Positions 51,250 through 62,302 of a DNA stretch of 64,000 nucleotides are shown here, in pieces. The position numbers were made by a program, and so were the translations under genes. This DNA is from an uncultured Prevotella sp. (GTDB lineage: Bacteria; Bacteroidota; Bacteroidia; Bacteroidales; Bacteroidaceae). The notes under the pieces were generated by a model. It worked only from the letters and a program-made list of their open reading frames with translations. It ran no database searches and had not been told where the DNA came from. Every line of letters begins with the position of its first letter. The first letter of the stretch is position 1. The stretch is from contig CALUIJ010000110.1 in assembly GCA_944320675.1 (NCBI GenBank), forward strand, positions 1,019 to 65,018, given 5' to 3'.

Positions 51250-52173
51250 TTAATAAATCGTCTTGTCGTAAACCACCTCCGGATCAGGAGTGCCAGAAAT
51301 AATGTCGTTGTAAGCTTCTGACAAGTCAGATTTGTCTATATCCACGTCCTTATTAACAGGCCTGCCATCGTCTAACAAAGAATGCGAGAACAGCCATTCG
51401 TAAGTTTTCTTCATGTACATGATCCTTGCCAACGCCCCATGCGAAGCACCTTTCAACCAATCGAAGCGCAAGCGCTTGTCGTTGCCCTGTTCCCGTAGCT
51501 GTTCCACGACTATTTTCGATTGCTTTATCGGCACTGCACGGTCGGCCGTGCCATGCATTATCCAAAGCGGAACTTTCCCTAATCCGCTCACATCACTAAG
51601 CGAACATCCTCCGCATAACGCCATGGCGGCGGCAACCCGATCGGGATATGTCGCTGCAAAATCAAGCGTTCCATATCCTCCAAGACTCATGCCGATGACA
51701 TACACGCGCGTTGAATCAAATGCGTAATGCTCCTTAGTCCAATCCAACACCTCACATATTTTATCCGGATCCCATGCACCGCCGGGGTTCTGCGGAACCA
51801 ACACCAAGGCTTCAATCTGACGCCCCATGACAATTGCGTCAAGCGGCCCATAACGTTTTACCTTATCCAAATTGCGTCCGCACAAGCTCCTGCCATGCAA
51901 GAATATTATCACTGGCGTGCTTTCCAACGAATAATAATAGTCAGTCGGCGTGTAAACCCAAAAATCATATCCGCCCGGTATGGAATCTTTCACAGGACGC
52001 AAAAAATCATACTGTGCGGACGAACTTTGGACTACACAAAGAAAACAAAGCAAAAAAAGCAGACGCTTTGTCTTTTTTAAAACTTTCTTGAAATCCAAAA
52101 CATGAATACGGTTATAAGTTTGCTTATTTGCTATGGATTGTGATCTAATTTTCAAATGTGATCTATTATACAT
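51250..52173 (-). CDS. Alpha/beta hydrolase (phospholipase/carboxylesterase-like); start uncertain
   Basis: IFLHG, GMSLGG nucleophile elbow, HGTAD, GASHG. Confidence 0.85.
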   Translation of the reverse strand: MYNRSHLKIRSQSIANKQTYNRIHVLDFKKVLKKTKRLLFLLCFLCVVQSSSAQYDFLRPVKDSIPGGYDFWVYTPTDYYYSLESTPVIIFLHGRSLCGRNLDKVKRYGPLDAIVMGRQIEALVLVPQNPGGAWDPDKICEVLDWTKEHYAFDSTRVYVIGMSLGGYGTLDFAATYPDRVAAAMALCGGCSLSDVSGLGKVPLWIMHGTADRAVPIKQSKIVVEQLREQGNDKRLRFDWLKGASHGALARIMYMKKTYEWLFSHSLLDDGRPVNKDVDIDKSDLSEAYNDIISGTPDPEVVYDKTIY

Positions 52174-52197
52174 TATGAAACGCCTATTTATTTACCG

Positions 52198-53079
52198 TCA
52201 GATTCTGTCCAATACAAGTTTTATCAAATCATCAATGTGCTTCTTATAACCTGTATCGCTTTTCTTTGTCAGCCTGTTGGCTATAACCATGCAACAAGTC
52301 GTTGCCTTATGCCCCATAAGCCGCGCCAATCCGGCAAGCGCCGAACTTTCCATTTCAAAGTTCGTGATTCTCAATCCGCGATACTCGAAACTCTCGATTT
52401 TCTCATTTTGGCGAGGGTCGGCCAACGGAACACGGAGCCGGCGTCCTTGCGGGCCGAAAAATCCGCCACATGCAACGGTCACGCCACGGACCATGTCGTC
52501 CTTTGCAATGCGTTCAACAAGTTCCTTGTCAGCGTCTATCACATACGGCGCAGGGGCGCACATATTGCCCGTCCATCCCAAATGGTTCAACAAAGCGCGC
52601 TCCATTTGCAAATCGCACACGGCATTACGCCCTTCGTAAAAATTCAGCAAACCGTCAAAACCTACTGATTTTACAGAACAGATGAAAGTACCTTCGGGAG
52701 TATATGGCTGCAGTCCGCCGCAAGTGCCTATCCTGACTATCTCAAGTTGCCGCTTATCGTCTTTTTCCATACGTGTATTGAAATCAATATTTGCCAAGGC
52801 ATCCATTTCATTCAATACGATATCTATGTTATCGCAACCGATTCCTGTTGACACCACAGTAATACGCTTACCTTTATAAGAGCCTGTAACAGTATGGAAC
52901 TCACGACTCTCAACTTCGCATTCCATCGTGTCAAAATGAGACGCCACAAGTCCAACCCGCCCGGGGTCGCCGACAAGTATGATTTTATCTGCAAGCTGAC
53001 AAGGTTTCACATGCAAATGGAACACGCTTCCATCCGCATTTATAATCAACTCGGATTCCGCAAAATAACGCTTTTCCAT
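52198..53079 (-). CDS. Nucleoside phosphorylase (uridine phosphorylase-like)
   Basis: LVGDPGRV, STGIG, RIGTCG, NFEMES. Confidence 0.9.
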   Translation of the reverse strand: MEKRYFAESELIINADGSVFHLHVKPCQLADKIILVGDPGRVGLVASHFDTMECEVESREFHTVTGSYKGKRITVVSTGIGCDNIDIVLNEMDALANIDFNTRMEKDDKRQLEIVRIGTCGGLQPYTPEGTFICSVKSVGFDGLLNFYEGRNAVCDLQMERALLNHLGWTGNMCAPAPYVIDADKELVERIAKDDMVRGVTVACGGFFGPQGRRLRVPLADPRQNEKIESFEYRGLRITNFEMESSALAGLARLMGHKATTCCMVIANRLTKKSDTGYKKHIDDLIKLVLDRI

Positions 53080-53120
53080 ATTTCCCCTTGTTTAGAAAGT
53101 ACATTTATTCCATTTACGCC

Positions 53121-54287
53121 TCACTGCCCGATCATGTTTTCGGTGTTGCGTATTTCTTTTTCAAGCGTATGAATGTAAGCAAGTAAGTCTTCGAGCTGTC
53201 TTTCTGACTTCAGGATGTTCCCGCTCAGCCTCCTTCTCGTCGACTGCGACCCTTCCGAATAATTTTGCCGGAGGGCGTCAAGCCGTTTTGACAGTTCGTC
53301 GGCCGACTGCTTCATTTCGTTCAGCTTCATGAAACGCTTCCTATTCGTCGCCGACTTGAAATCATTTACCGACGTATATACGGTATTGTCGTTGACGATG
53401 AAAGACATTTGTTTTTTCTTAACGTCATCACGCCCTGCCAACAACTTGCCGAGCCTGTCCCGTGCGTCCTGCAATTCAGCTTCGTCCGTCCAAGTGTCGC
53501 GTATGCACTTCAGCTCCGCCAGGCTATAAAGCTTGTCTTCATCAATATCCTCCTCGTCATACACCTTGCGCCCTTTCTGCGGAACAAACGTATATACGCA
53601 TACCTCGTCATCAGATTGCCGGCGGTCGGTCACAAGCCAACCTAAACCGTTGAACTCGTCAATGATACAATAATAATCGTTTCCGGTTGAATTATAAGGC
53701 AGACCAAGATTCTCCGGAGTATAAAACTGTTCAGACTCCATGTCGTATCTCGTAACATAAATGTCATATCCGCCCAGTCCGTCCTTGCTTTTCGCCGCAA
53801 AATAAAGCGTCGTACCGTCAGACATCATAAACGGATAATTGATATCCTCAAAATCCTCGCCGAAATCATCCACAGGTTTTACATTGGCCCACTCGTCGCC
53901 CAACTTGTCGGCCGAAAAAAGCTTATAATGGCCATCTTCACCTTTTTGGGCGAAAAACATCTTATTGCCAAATCCGTTAACATAAGTATATGAGAACGGT
54001 TGGCCCGTAGTTCCGTTCAACCTGTCAAGAGTGCTTATCTGTCCTGATTCCCTGTCAAGCGGTATGTTTTCAATGAAATCCGTCTTATTGGCCACAAAGC
54101 TGTCGACAACCAATATCTGCGCCGTAGAAGGAAGCATTTCCTCAAACAACATCCCCGGCCCATCCTCCGAGGCAACCGCCTCCTTGTCTGCCTTGCCGCC
54201 CACCGGCGCTTTCCTCACTTGCGCTACGGACGCGACGCCGGCCGACAACAAAAGCAACGACAATGATACAATCCTTGTTTTCAGCAT
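53121..54287 (-). CDS. Secreted PD40-repeat-like hypothetical protein
   Basis: Signal peptide, PFMMSDGTTLYFA, GLGGYDIY, NLGLPYNS, C-terminal coiled coil; -7 box at 54409-54416. Confidence 0.75.
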   Translation of the reverse strand: MLKTRIVSLSLLLLSAGVASVAQVRKAPVGGKADKEAVASEDGPGMLFEEMLPSTAQILVVDSFVANKTDFIENIPLDRESGQISTLDRLNGTTGQPFSYTYVNGFGNKMFFAQKGEDGHYKLFSADKLGDEWANVKPVDDFGEDFEDINYPFMMSDGTTLYFAAKSKDGLGGYDIYVTRYDMESEQFYTPENLGLPYNSTGNDYYCIIDEFNGLGWLVTDRRQSDDEVCVYTFVPQKGRKVYDEEDIDEDKLYSLAELKCIRDTWTDEAELQDARDRLGKLLAGRDDVKKKQMSFIVNDNTVYTSVNDFKSATNRKRFMKLNEMKQSADELSKRLDALRQNYSEGSQSTRRRLSGNILKSERQLEDLLAYIHTLEKEIRNTENMIGQ

Positions 54288-54693
54288 ATTGAAAAAATCA
54301 ATTTTGTCAAGTTATATTATTAAAAACAAAACGCCGCATGCTTCACCACGTATCGCATGGCGCAAAGCATTGTAAAACACAATCTTAAGCGGTGCTTCAT
54401 GTAATATGCAAAGATAAACATTTTCCGCCGAAAAGCCGTGCCACTGCTTCGTTTTTTACAAGTTACGCCACAGTTTAACTAATTTTATGTACTTTCATTC
54501 CCCATGCCGTCCCCTTTAGAATGCGGCCGACTGCTGTCAGCATTGCCGGCAAGAGTCCCGTCCAGCCATTTTCCACCATGAGCAAGCAATGTTTGCCATC
54601 ATCATTATTAGGTATTTTAATACGGATAGGAACATAAATCCATATTTTTTGTTACTTTTGCAACACTTAATTTAAAATACGCAAAATAAGATA

Positions 54694-57123
54694 ATGAGGC
54701 TATCTGAATTAAAAACAGGAGAGAAAGGTGTAATAGTAAAAGTTTTAGGACATGGAGGGTTCCGCAAGCGAATTGTGGAAATGGGCTTCATACGTGGGAA
54801 AATCGTCACTGTATTGCTCAACGCCCCACTGCAGGATCCTGTGAAATACAAAATAATGGGATATGAAATCTCGCTCCGCCGCTCAGAGGCTGAAATGATA
54901 GAGATTATCTCAACCGACGAAGCGCGCCAACTTGAGGAAGAGGAAGCGCAAACGCTCGGACTGGCGGAAATATCCGACAGAAGCACGGACGACGACGGCA
55001 GCCTTACCGACGAACGGCTGCACAAGGCGGCCATGAAGAAAAGCCACATAATAAACGTCGCCCTTGTGGGCAATCCCAATTGCGGCAAGACGTCATTGTT
55101 CAACTTCGCTTCGGGTGCGCACGAACGTGTAGGAAACTATTCAGGAGTAACAGTCGACGCAAAAGAAGGCCACGCCGAGTATGAAGGATACCAGTTCAAC
55201 CTTGTCGACCTGCCTGGCACTTACTCACTGTCGGCATACAGCCCTGAAGAGCTTTACGTCCGTAAACAAATTATTGAAAACACTCCCGACGTGATAATAA
55301 ACGTCATCGACGCGAGCAACCTTGAGCGTAACCTTTATCTCACCACGCAGCTTGTTGACATGAATCTCAAGATCGTGGGTGCGCTAAATATGTTTGACGA
55401 ATTTGAATCGCGTGGCGACAAACTTGATTACGACAAGTTAGGCGAACTGTTCGGTATCCCGCTCGTTCCGACGGTATTCAAGAACGGACGCGGCGTCGAT
55501 GACTTGTTCAATATGGTAATCAATGTCTACGAAGGAGAAAACGCACAAGGCAAGAGCCCGCTTAGACACGTACACCTGAACCACGGCAAGTACATAGAGC
55601 AGGCAATCAGCGAGATAAAGACGGAAATCCAGAAAGACGAACAGATAAGATACAAGTATTCTACGCGCTTCCTGTCAATCAAACTTCTTGAAAAAGACTC
55701 GAAAGTTGAGGACTTTGTCAAGACCTTGCCCAACGGCGGAGAAATAATCGCCATACGCGACAAGGCCGCCGACTACATCATGATGGAAACAAAAGAAGAC
55801 AGCGAGACGGCCATCATGAACGCAAAATACGGCATCATACACGGGGCTTTGCAAGAAGCCGGATGCGAAGAGGGTTCACACACAGACACTTACCAGACTA
55901 CACACCTTCTCGACGCCTTAGTAACGAACAAGTACATCGGTTTCCCGTTGTTTATCCTCTTCCTTTATATAATGTTCGAGGTTACGTTCACGCTCGGACA
56001 ATACCCTATGGACTGGATTGACGCCGGCGTAGGAGCATTGTGTGATTTCGTAAAATCATCCATGCCCGACGGCCCGCTTAAAGACATGATTGCCGACGGA
56101 GCCATAGCCGGCGTCGGCGCAGTAATAGTGTTCCTGCCGCAGATTCTTATTTTGTATGCTTTCATCTCGTTCATGGAAGATTCGGGGTATATGGCGCGTG
56201 CGGCCTTCATTATGGACAAGCTGATGCACAAAATGGGATTACACGGCAAATCATTCATACCGCTGATAATGGGCTTCGGATGCAACGTTCCCGCAATCAT
56301 GGCAACACGCACAATAGAAAGCCGCCGCAGCCGGCTTATCACAATACTCGTCTTACCGTTGATGAGCTGCAGCGCGCGTCTGCCGATTTACATCATGATA
56401 ACAGGCACGTTCTTCGCCGTAAAATACCAATCGCTTGTGATGATTTCCCTCTACGCCATAGGTATCATCATGGCCGTGCTGATGAGCCGTCTGTTCAGCA
56501 GATGGCTCGTCAAGGGCGACGATACCCCGTTTGTGATGGAGCTGCCCCCCTACCGTTTCCCTACCGGCAAGGCAATAGCGCGCCACACGTGGGAAAAAGG
56601 CAAACAATACCTCAAGAAAATGGGAGGCATCATTCTCGTGGCAAGCATAATTGTCTGGGCTTTAGGCTATTTCCCGCACAACGAACAGCTTGACAGACAG
56701 GCTCAGCAAGAACAAAGCTACATAGGACGCATAGGCAAAGCCATTGAACCGGTGTTCCGTCCGCAGGGCTTTGACTGGAAACTTGACGTCAGTCTCATTG
56801 CCGGTGTAGGAGCAAAGGAAATTGTAGCGTCAACAATGGGAGTGCTTTATGCCGACGATGAGACCGTTGCTGACGACACTGCAGACAACACACGCAAATA
56901 CGAAATATTAAGGCAGAAGATGACAGCCGACGGCGTAACGCCGCTCATAGCATTCTCTTACCTGTTGTTTGTACTGATTTACTTCCCGTGCATAGCCACA
57001 ATCGCCGCCATCAAGAGTGAGACCGGCAGCTGGCGTTGGGCGGCGTTTGCCGCCTGCTACACCACTGTGCTGGCATGGATAGTGTCGGCCTGCGTTTACC
57101 AGATAGGCAGTTTACTACTGTGA
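54694..57123 (+). CDS. feoB: Ferrous iron transporter, FeoA-FeoB fusion
   Basis: FeoA-like N-terminus (APLQDP), GNPNCGKT, DLPGTYSL, GFGCNVP, YFPC; TACTTTTG at 54653. Confidence 0.96.
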   Translation: MRLSELKTGEKGVIVKVLGHGGFRKRIVEMGFIRGKIVTVLLNAPLQDPVKYKIMGYEISLRRSEAEMIEIISTDEARQLEEEEAQTLGLAEISDRSTDDDGSLTDERLHKAAMKKSHIINVALVGNPNCGKTSLFNFASGAHERVGNYSGVTVDAKEGHAEYEGYQFNLVDLPGTYSLSAYSPEELYVRKQIIENTPDVIINVIDASNLERNLYLTTQLVDMNLKIVGALNMFDEFESRGDKLDYDKLGELFGIPLVPTVFKNGRGVDDLFNMVINVYEGENAQGKSPLRHVHLNHGKYIEQAISEIKTEIQKDEQIRYKYSTRFLSIKLLEKDSKVEDFVKTLPNGGEIIAIRDKAADYIMMETKEDSETAIMNAKYGIIHGALQEAGCEEGSHTDTYQTTHLLDALVTNKYIGFPLFILFLYIMFEVTFTLGQYPMDWIDAGVGALCDFVKSSMPDGPLKDMIADGAIAGVGAVIVFLPQILILYAFISFMEDSGYMARAAFIMDKLMHKMGLHGKSFIPLIMGFGCNVPAIMATRTIESRRSRLITILVLPLMSCSARLPIYIMITGTFFAVKYQSLVMISLYAIGIIMAVLMSRLFSRWLVKGDDTPFVMELPPYRFPTGKAIARHTWEKGKQYLKKMGGIILVASIIVWALGYFPHNEQLDRQAQQEQSYIGRIGKAIEPVFRPQGFDWKLDVSLIAGVGAKEIVASTMGVLYADDETVADDTADNTRKYEILRQKMTADGVTPLIAFSYLLFVLIYFPCIATIAAIKSETGSWRWAAFAACYTTVLAWIVSACVYQIGSLLL

Positions 57124-57141
57124 CACAAATGAAAACCAATA

Positions 57142-57184
57142 ATAAAGGTGGCCTTTTATCGTTTATGGAAAGGCCACCTTTTAT
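57142..57184. terminator. Bidirectional terminator between convergent genes
   Basis: AAAGGTGGCCTTT / AAAGGCCACCTTT. Confidence 0.75.
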
Positions 57185-57227
57185 AAATATAGCAATGTTT
57201 CCGCTAAAAACGCTGTCTGACAAATTG

Positions 57228-58385
57228 TCAAAAATGTGCGTTTCCGTAAAAATAATAACACCAATAAGTACCGCCGAACATATCCCTGACATAGGCCTCG
57301 CGTTCTGTCTTGTCCTTGTATTTACGCCCAAGGCTTTGGAAATCGGCATAATCGGCGTCCATTACCTCATCATGATAAACTACCGACGGATTGGAACGAA
57401 GATGTGTGTAGAGCGTCAAAGCCTCCTTGTAATGCTTTGGCAACGACGGTGAAGACACGTCGTATCTACGCATTACAGCCTTGACAAAACTGTCTAAATC
57501 TTTGTCGAGCAAATATCCGCAAAGCACATAATCCGCAGCAGGCTTCATCGCGAGACCGTTGGTTTCAATGTAGCGCAAATATTCCATAGGTGTCATGTTT
57601 CCTTTCTTACGGATGCTCAACGCCTTGAAAATCTGCCTTTCAGGATAAAACAGGCAACGCACATCCTTTCCGTCGGGCAACAATGCAGAGGAACCACCCA
57701 CAAGAGAATACTCAAAAAGCCGCTCACCCAACTGCTTGCTGCGTGACAAAGCATAAACCCGCAACATCGTAAGGCTTGCATCGGCATCATCAGACTTTTC
57801 ACCTACCCGCAATGCACCTCCGTAATCGCCTGAAGTCAGCAAACGTTCCACCCGAAGACGGTAATGGAACACTCTGTCACTGTTACCGCACAGACACACT
57901 ACAATGAACATCAACGCCATTAGCGACAAATTCTTCCAGAAAATACCGACAATAGTACTATCCGTACCAATAAACGCCCTGCCCGACTTTACCTTCAAAA
58001 CCAACGCGGCACACACATAAAAGACAATCAACAACGGCGCAAGCCAAAGCCAGACACTGCAGAAAGGGGAGACAGCAAAACCACTGTCAACACCCGTCAG
58101 CACGACAAGCAACAGCAATGACGGGAAATAAGTAAGCGCATACAGTGCGCCGTCGAAACCTCCGAGCTTTTTAGCACCGATATGTACAAGGTAAAGGACG
58201 ACGGTTATGACAACCGCGCCAACGGCCTTATCATAATGAGTTGAGCCGCCAGACAGGACGTGCTGCAACATGAACAAAAGTTCCGCCTGGAAGAAATACA
58301 GATATATGAAAACAAACAAAATGAAAACAATAGCACACGCCGAACGGAGCAGTGTGCTATTGTTTGCTTGATGAAAATTTGTCAT
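57228..58385 (-). CDS. Membrane protein, DUF6057-like
   Basis: N-terminal TM helices, LPKHYKEAL, GTYWCYY C-terminus. Confidence 0.65.
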   Translation of the reverse strand: MTNFHQANNSTLLRSACAIVFILFVFIYLYFFQAELLFMLQHVLSGGSTHYDKAVGAVVITVVLYLVHIGAKKLGGFDGALYALTYFPSLLLLVVLTGVDSGFAVSPFCSVWLWLAPLLIVFYVCAALVLKVKSGRAFIGTDSTIVGIFWKNLSLMALMFIVVCLCGNSDRVFHYRLRVERLLTSGDYGGALRVGEKSDDADASLTMLRVYALSRSKQLGERLFEYSLVGGSSALLPDGKDVRCLFYPERQIFKALSIRKKGNMTPMEYLRYIETNGLAMKPAADYVLCGYLLDKDLDSFVKAVMRRYDVSSPSLPKHYKEALTLYTHLRSNPSVVYHDEVMDADYADFQSLGRKYKDKTEREAYVRDMFGGTYWCYYFYGNAHF

Positions 58386-58386
58386 A

Positions 58387-60450
58387 TCAGTTCTTCTTTA
58401 ACACTACGGCCGAACGTGCCGGTATGTACAATTTCAGCCATTCCTTATGGTCTTTCACATACATAGGGTCATAGTTGGTGACGTGGGTCATCGTGTCGTC
58501 AGCAAGTCCGTTGCCTCCAAACGCCTTGGCGTCAGTATTCAGCACAACGTCGTATGAACCTGTAGGCACAAGGAAGCCGTAATCGGTAAACGAACGGTTA
58601 GGGCTGAAGTTGAACACGAATATCAAGTCGCCACGCATAAAGGCAAGCACTTGGTCGCCGTCGTTGTGCCAAATTTCCTGCACCTGTGTGTTTTGGAAAT
58701 TGCGCACACTCTTTATCACCCTTAGCATCTCTCGGTCGAAGTCGCCGAGATAGTGGTAACACAAATCATGATTGTCAACAAGGTTCCACTGACGGCGTGC
58801 ATACTTATAGCTCCAGCCGTTGCCTTCGCGTGGGAAATCTATCCATTCCGGATGTCCGAACTCGTTGCCCATGAAGTTGAGATAACCGCCATTGATGGCC
58901 GCAGCCGTAACAAGGCGTATCATCTTGTGCAGGGCTATGCCGCGATGCACGGTGTCGTTCTCGTCACCTTTCTTGAAATGCCAGTACATATCGGCGTCGA
59001 TAAGACGGAAAATGATGGTCTTGTCGCCCACCAAAGCCTGGTCGTGACTTTCGCAGTAGCTTATGGTTTTCTCGTCAGGACGGCGGTTTTTTACCTCCCA
59101 GAATATGCTGCTCGGCTTCCAGTCCTCATCGCGCTTTTCCTTTATCGTCTTAATCCAATAGTCAGGGATATTCATTGCCATGCGGTAATCAAAGCCGAAA
59201 CCTCCGTCCTCGAACTTGGCCGCAAGCCCCGGCATTCCGCTTACTTCCTCGGCTATGGTGATGGCATCGGGGTTGATTTCATGTATCATCTTGTTGGCAA
59301 GGGTAAGATAACAAATGGCGTTGTCGTCCTCGTGTCCGTTGAAGTAATCGCCATAGTTGCAGAACGCCTCGCCAAGACCGTGACTGTAATACAGCATTGA
59401 GGTGACACCATCGAAGCGGAAACCGTCAAAATGGTATTCCTCAAGCCAATACTTGCAGTTGCTGAGTAAAAAGTGTATCACGTCGTCCTTGCCATAATCG
59501 AAGCAAAGACTGTCCCAAGCGGGATGCTCATGCTTGTCGCCGGGATAGAAATATTGGTTTGGGTCACCGGCAAGGTTGCCCAGTCCCTCCACCTCATTCT
59601 TCACGGCATGGCTGTGAACGATGTCCATAATCACTGCCACACCGTTTTTATGGGCCTCGTCTATCAGGGCTTTCAGCTCCTCCGGCGTACCGAAACGGCT
59701 TGACGGGGCGAAGAAACTGCTTACGTGGTAGCCGAATGATCCATAGTAAGGGTGTTCCTGTATTGCCATAACCTGTATGCAGTTATAGCCGTCGGCAATG
59801 ACGCGGGGCAACACGTTATCCTTAAACTCAGTGTATGTGCCCACCTTCTCGGCGTCCTGAGCCATGCCCACGTGGCACTCATATATGAGCAACGGGTTCT
59901 TTGAAGGTTTAAACTTTTTCTTCTTCCAGACGTAAGGCTGCTCCGGGTTCCACACCTGTGCGGAGAAAATCTTGGTGGCATCGTCTTGCACGACACGCTG
60001 CGCCCAGGCCGGTATCCTCTCGCCGCTGCCGCCTTCCCAATAGACGTGCATCTTGTAAAGGTCGCCGTGCTTAATGCCTTTTTCTGATATTTTCAGTTCC
60101 CAGTTGTCCGTACCTTCTATCCTCTTTGCCTTATACCTATCAAGTTCCTGCCAATTACTGAAATCACCGACAAGGTAGATAGCCGTAGCGTTAGGTGCCC
60201 ACTCCCTGAACACCCATCCGCGCGACAACTTGTGCAGGCCGTAATAATCATAACCGCTTGCAAAACTTGCCAGCGTCTCCTTGCCGTTCTTTGTCAGTTG
60301 GTTGATTTTCCACACGGCGTGTTCGTGGCGTCCCCTGATAGCATCCTCGTAAGGGGCGAGATAACCGTCGTTGGCCACTAAGCCTATATGCTTCGGCCCG
60401 GCTGACGTCTCGGCCTTCGGCTTCGTTGATTTGGTCTTTCTTGTCACCAT
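58387..60450 (-). CDS. glgB: 1,4-alpha-glucan branching enzyme (GH13)
   Basis: FREWAPNA, IYECHVGM, DIVHSHA, DGFRFDGVTSM, AEEVSG, ESHDQ. Confidence 0.95.
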   Translation of the reverse strand: MVTRKTKSTKPKAETSAGPKHIGLVANDGYLAPYEDAIRGRHEHAVWKINQLTKNGKETLASFASGYDYYGLHKLSRGWVFREWAPNATAIYLVGDFSNWQELDRYKAKRIEGTDNWELKISEKGIKHGDLYKMHVYWEGGSGERIPAWAQRVVQDDATKIFSAQVWNPEQPYVWKKKKFKPSKNPLLIYECHVGMAQDAEKVGTYTEFKDNVLPRVIADGYNCIQVMAIQEHPYYGSFGYHVSSFFAPSSRFGTPEELKALIDEAHKNGVAVIMDIVHSHAVKNEVEGLGNLAGDPNQYFYPGDKHEHPAWDSLCFDYGKDDVIHFLLSNCKYWLEEYHFDGFRFDGVTSMLYYSHGLGEAFCNYGDYFNGHEDDNAICYLTLANKMIHEINPDAITIAEEVSGMPGLAAKFEDGGFGFDYRMAMNIPDYWIKTIKEKRDEDWKPSSIFWEVKNRRPDEKTISYCESHDQALVGDKTIIFRLIDADMYWHFKKGDENDTVHRGIALHKMIRLVTAAAINGGYLNFMGNEFGHPEWIDFPREGNGWSYKYARRQWNLVDNHDLCYHYLGDFDREMLRVIKSVRNFQNTQVQEIWHNDGDQVLAFMRGDLIFVFNFSPNRSFTDYGFLVPTGSYDVVLNTDAKAFGGNGLADDTMTHVTNYDPMYVKDHKEWLKLYIPARSAVVLKKN

Positions 60451-60472
60451 ATCTTGAGTTTTAAATTAAACG

Positions 60473-60916
60473 TCAAGCCAACACCTTGAATATAGCCTTC
60501 TTTATCTCAGATGCGTCAGTGATGCAGGGCGCGTGGCCGTCTTGGGGGAAGAATATTGCGAACTCGCCGGGCTTGCAAGTTACGTAAGTGTCGGCTGCGC
60601 CCTCGTATTTCGTGATGTCTTTCTCTTCGTTGTAATCAGCCTGTGGCAGTCTGCACAGCGGTGTGTATCCGTAAGTTTCAGGCGCGCTGAGCGGTATTTG
60701 TATGTCTATCATCTTCTTGTGTGTCTCAAGCAAGGCTGTCTCTTTCGTCTTGCCCTTGGCCACTTGGATGTTGACAAACAGGTCGGCACCCTTTATCTGG
60801 TGCTTTCCGGCTTCAAGGCTGTTCAGGTCGTTAACTTTGATAAACTCTGCCACTTCCTTAAACAAAGGGTTAAGCGATACGTATTTCTCCAAGTTGTCAA
60901 GTGTGTCTATTACCAT
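60473..60916 (-). CDS. YhcH/YjgK/YiaL family protein
   Basis: ETHKKMIDIQ, FAIFFPQDGHAP. Confidence 0.9.
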   Translation of the reverse strand: MVIDTLDNLEKYVSLNPLFKEVAEFIKVNDLNSLEAGKHQIKGADLFVNIQVAKGKTKETALLETHKKMIDIQIPLSAPETYGYTPLCRLPQADYNEEKDITKYEGAADTYVTCKPGEFAIFFPQDGHAPCITDASEIKKAIFKVLA

Positions 60917-60938
60917 AACATTAAAATTTAAAAGATTA

Positions 60939-62048
60939 TTATTGAACTCTGTTGCCTAAAATATACATTCCTTGTGAGACGATGTTGCCGTTACTGTCTT
61001 TTTCTATATATTTGCCATCGCGCAAATCGTCCTTGTACGTGCCTTCAAAGCGGCGGCCGTCTTTGTCCACTTCCAATGCTTTGCCGTTCCTTTTCCCGTC
61101 ACGGTAAATGCCTCTGAATTTGGCGCCGTCGGCATAATGGATTATCACCTCGCCGTTGAACACGCCGTCCTTAAATTCGCCTTCGTACACGTCACCGTTC
61201 TTCTTAGTCAGTTTTCCGTGGCCGTTCTGCTTGTCGGCCTTCCAATATCCGTTGTACACATCGCCATTCTTCCACTGCAACACGCCGTGGCCGTCCTTGT
61301 CGCCGTTGGTGAAATGCCCCGTGTAGCGGTCGCCGTTGGCAAACGTGAAGATACCTTCGCCTGTACGCTTGCCCCGCACGTAATCGCCCTCGTAGACGTC
61401 GCCGTTCTGGAACTTGTAAATGCCCTTGCCGTTCTGCACGTCTTCAAGCCATTCGCCTGTGTACACATCGCCGTCGGCATACTTGTTAATGCCGTATCCC
61501 GAACGCAGGTTGTTGTTCCATTCGCCGTCGTATGTGGTGCCGTCGCCCCAGTCAAAGAAGCCCTTGCCCCATTTCTTGTCGTCCTTCCATTCGCCGTCGT
61601 AATAGGCTCCGCCGCTATACGTGTACTTCCCGTTGCCGTTGCGCTTGTCCTGGAACCAGTCGCCGTCGTACTTGTCGCCGTTATAGTAATACATCACCCC
61701 GTGCCCCTGCTGGTAATCACGAAACCACAGGCCTACGTACTTGTTGTTGTTCATAAAGTAATATGTGCCACGGCCGTGCTGCTGGTCCTGAAACCACTCG
61801 CCGTCATATTTCTCACCGTCTGAAAAAGTGTAAACGCCATAACCCTGACGTTTACCTTTTACGTATGAGCCTTCATACGTGTCACCGTTCTTGTAGACAG
61901 TCTTTCCCTTGCCGTTGGGCCTGCCTGAAACCATCTCGCCTTGGTACATACCGCCGTCCTTCGTCTCGCACGAACCCAGCGTTATCTTCTGGGCGGCGGC
62001 GGCCAACGGCAAAGCAAGCATAAATGAGAGTAATATATATTTATTCAC
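60939..62048 (-). CDS. MORN-repeat secreted protein
   Basis: Signal peptide then many 23-aa Y.G.W...HG.G repeats; GTG start; -7 box at 62072-62079. Confidence 0.92.
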   Translation of the reverse strand: MNKYILLSFMLALPLAAAAQKITLGSCETKDGGMYQGEMVSGRPNGKGKTVYKNGDTYEGSYVKGKRQGYGVYTFSDGEKYDGEWFQDQQHGRGTYYFMNNNKYVGLWFRDYQQGHGVMYYYNGDKYDGDWFQDKRNGNGKYTYSGGAYYDGEWKDDKKWGKGFFDWGDGTTYDGEWNNNLRSGYGINKYADGDVYTGEWLEDVQNGKGIYKFQNGDVYEGDYVRGKRTGEGIFTFANGDRYTGHFTNGDKDGHGVLQWKNGDVYNGYWKADKQNGHGKLTKKNGDVYEGEFKDGVFNGEVIIHYADGAKFRGIYRDGKRNGKALEVDKDGRRFEGTYKDDLRDGKYIEKDSNGNIVSQGMYILGNRVQ

Positions 62049-62302
62049 GAGTGTCTTTTTAAATTTATCACCAAAAGTAATATATTTTCATCAAACGGCA
62101 AAAATATTTGATAAAAATCAAACTGCAATTCTGATTTATTGGGAAATATTCATATCTGTAAATATGCACCGTCCACTACCCGCCCCTTTTTCCCGCCTGC
62201 TCGACCGAAAGCAAGGCTTAGATTACAGAATATCGCATTTCCCGTTATATCTGTGACAAAACGTCAATCGGACAACGTCAACAAAATCCATCGAAATAGA
62301 GT

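Noticed and set aside
61000-61950. 69-bp periodicity
   Set aside because: Explained by 23-aa MORN repeats
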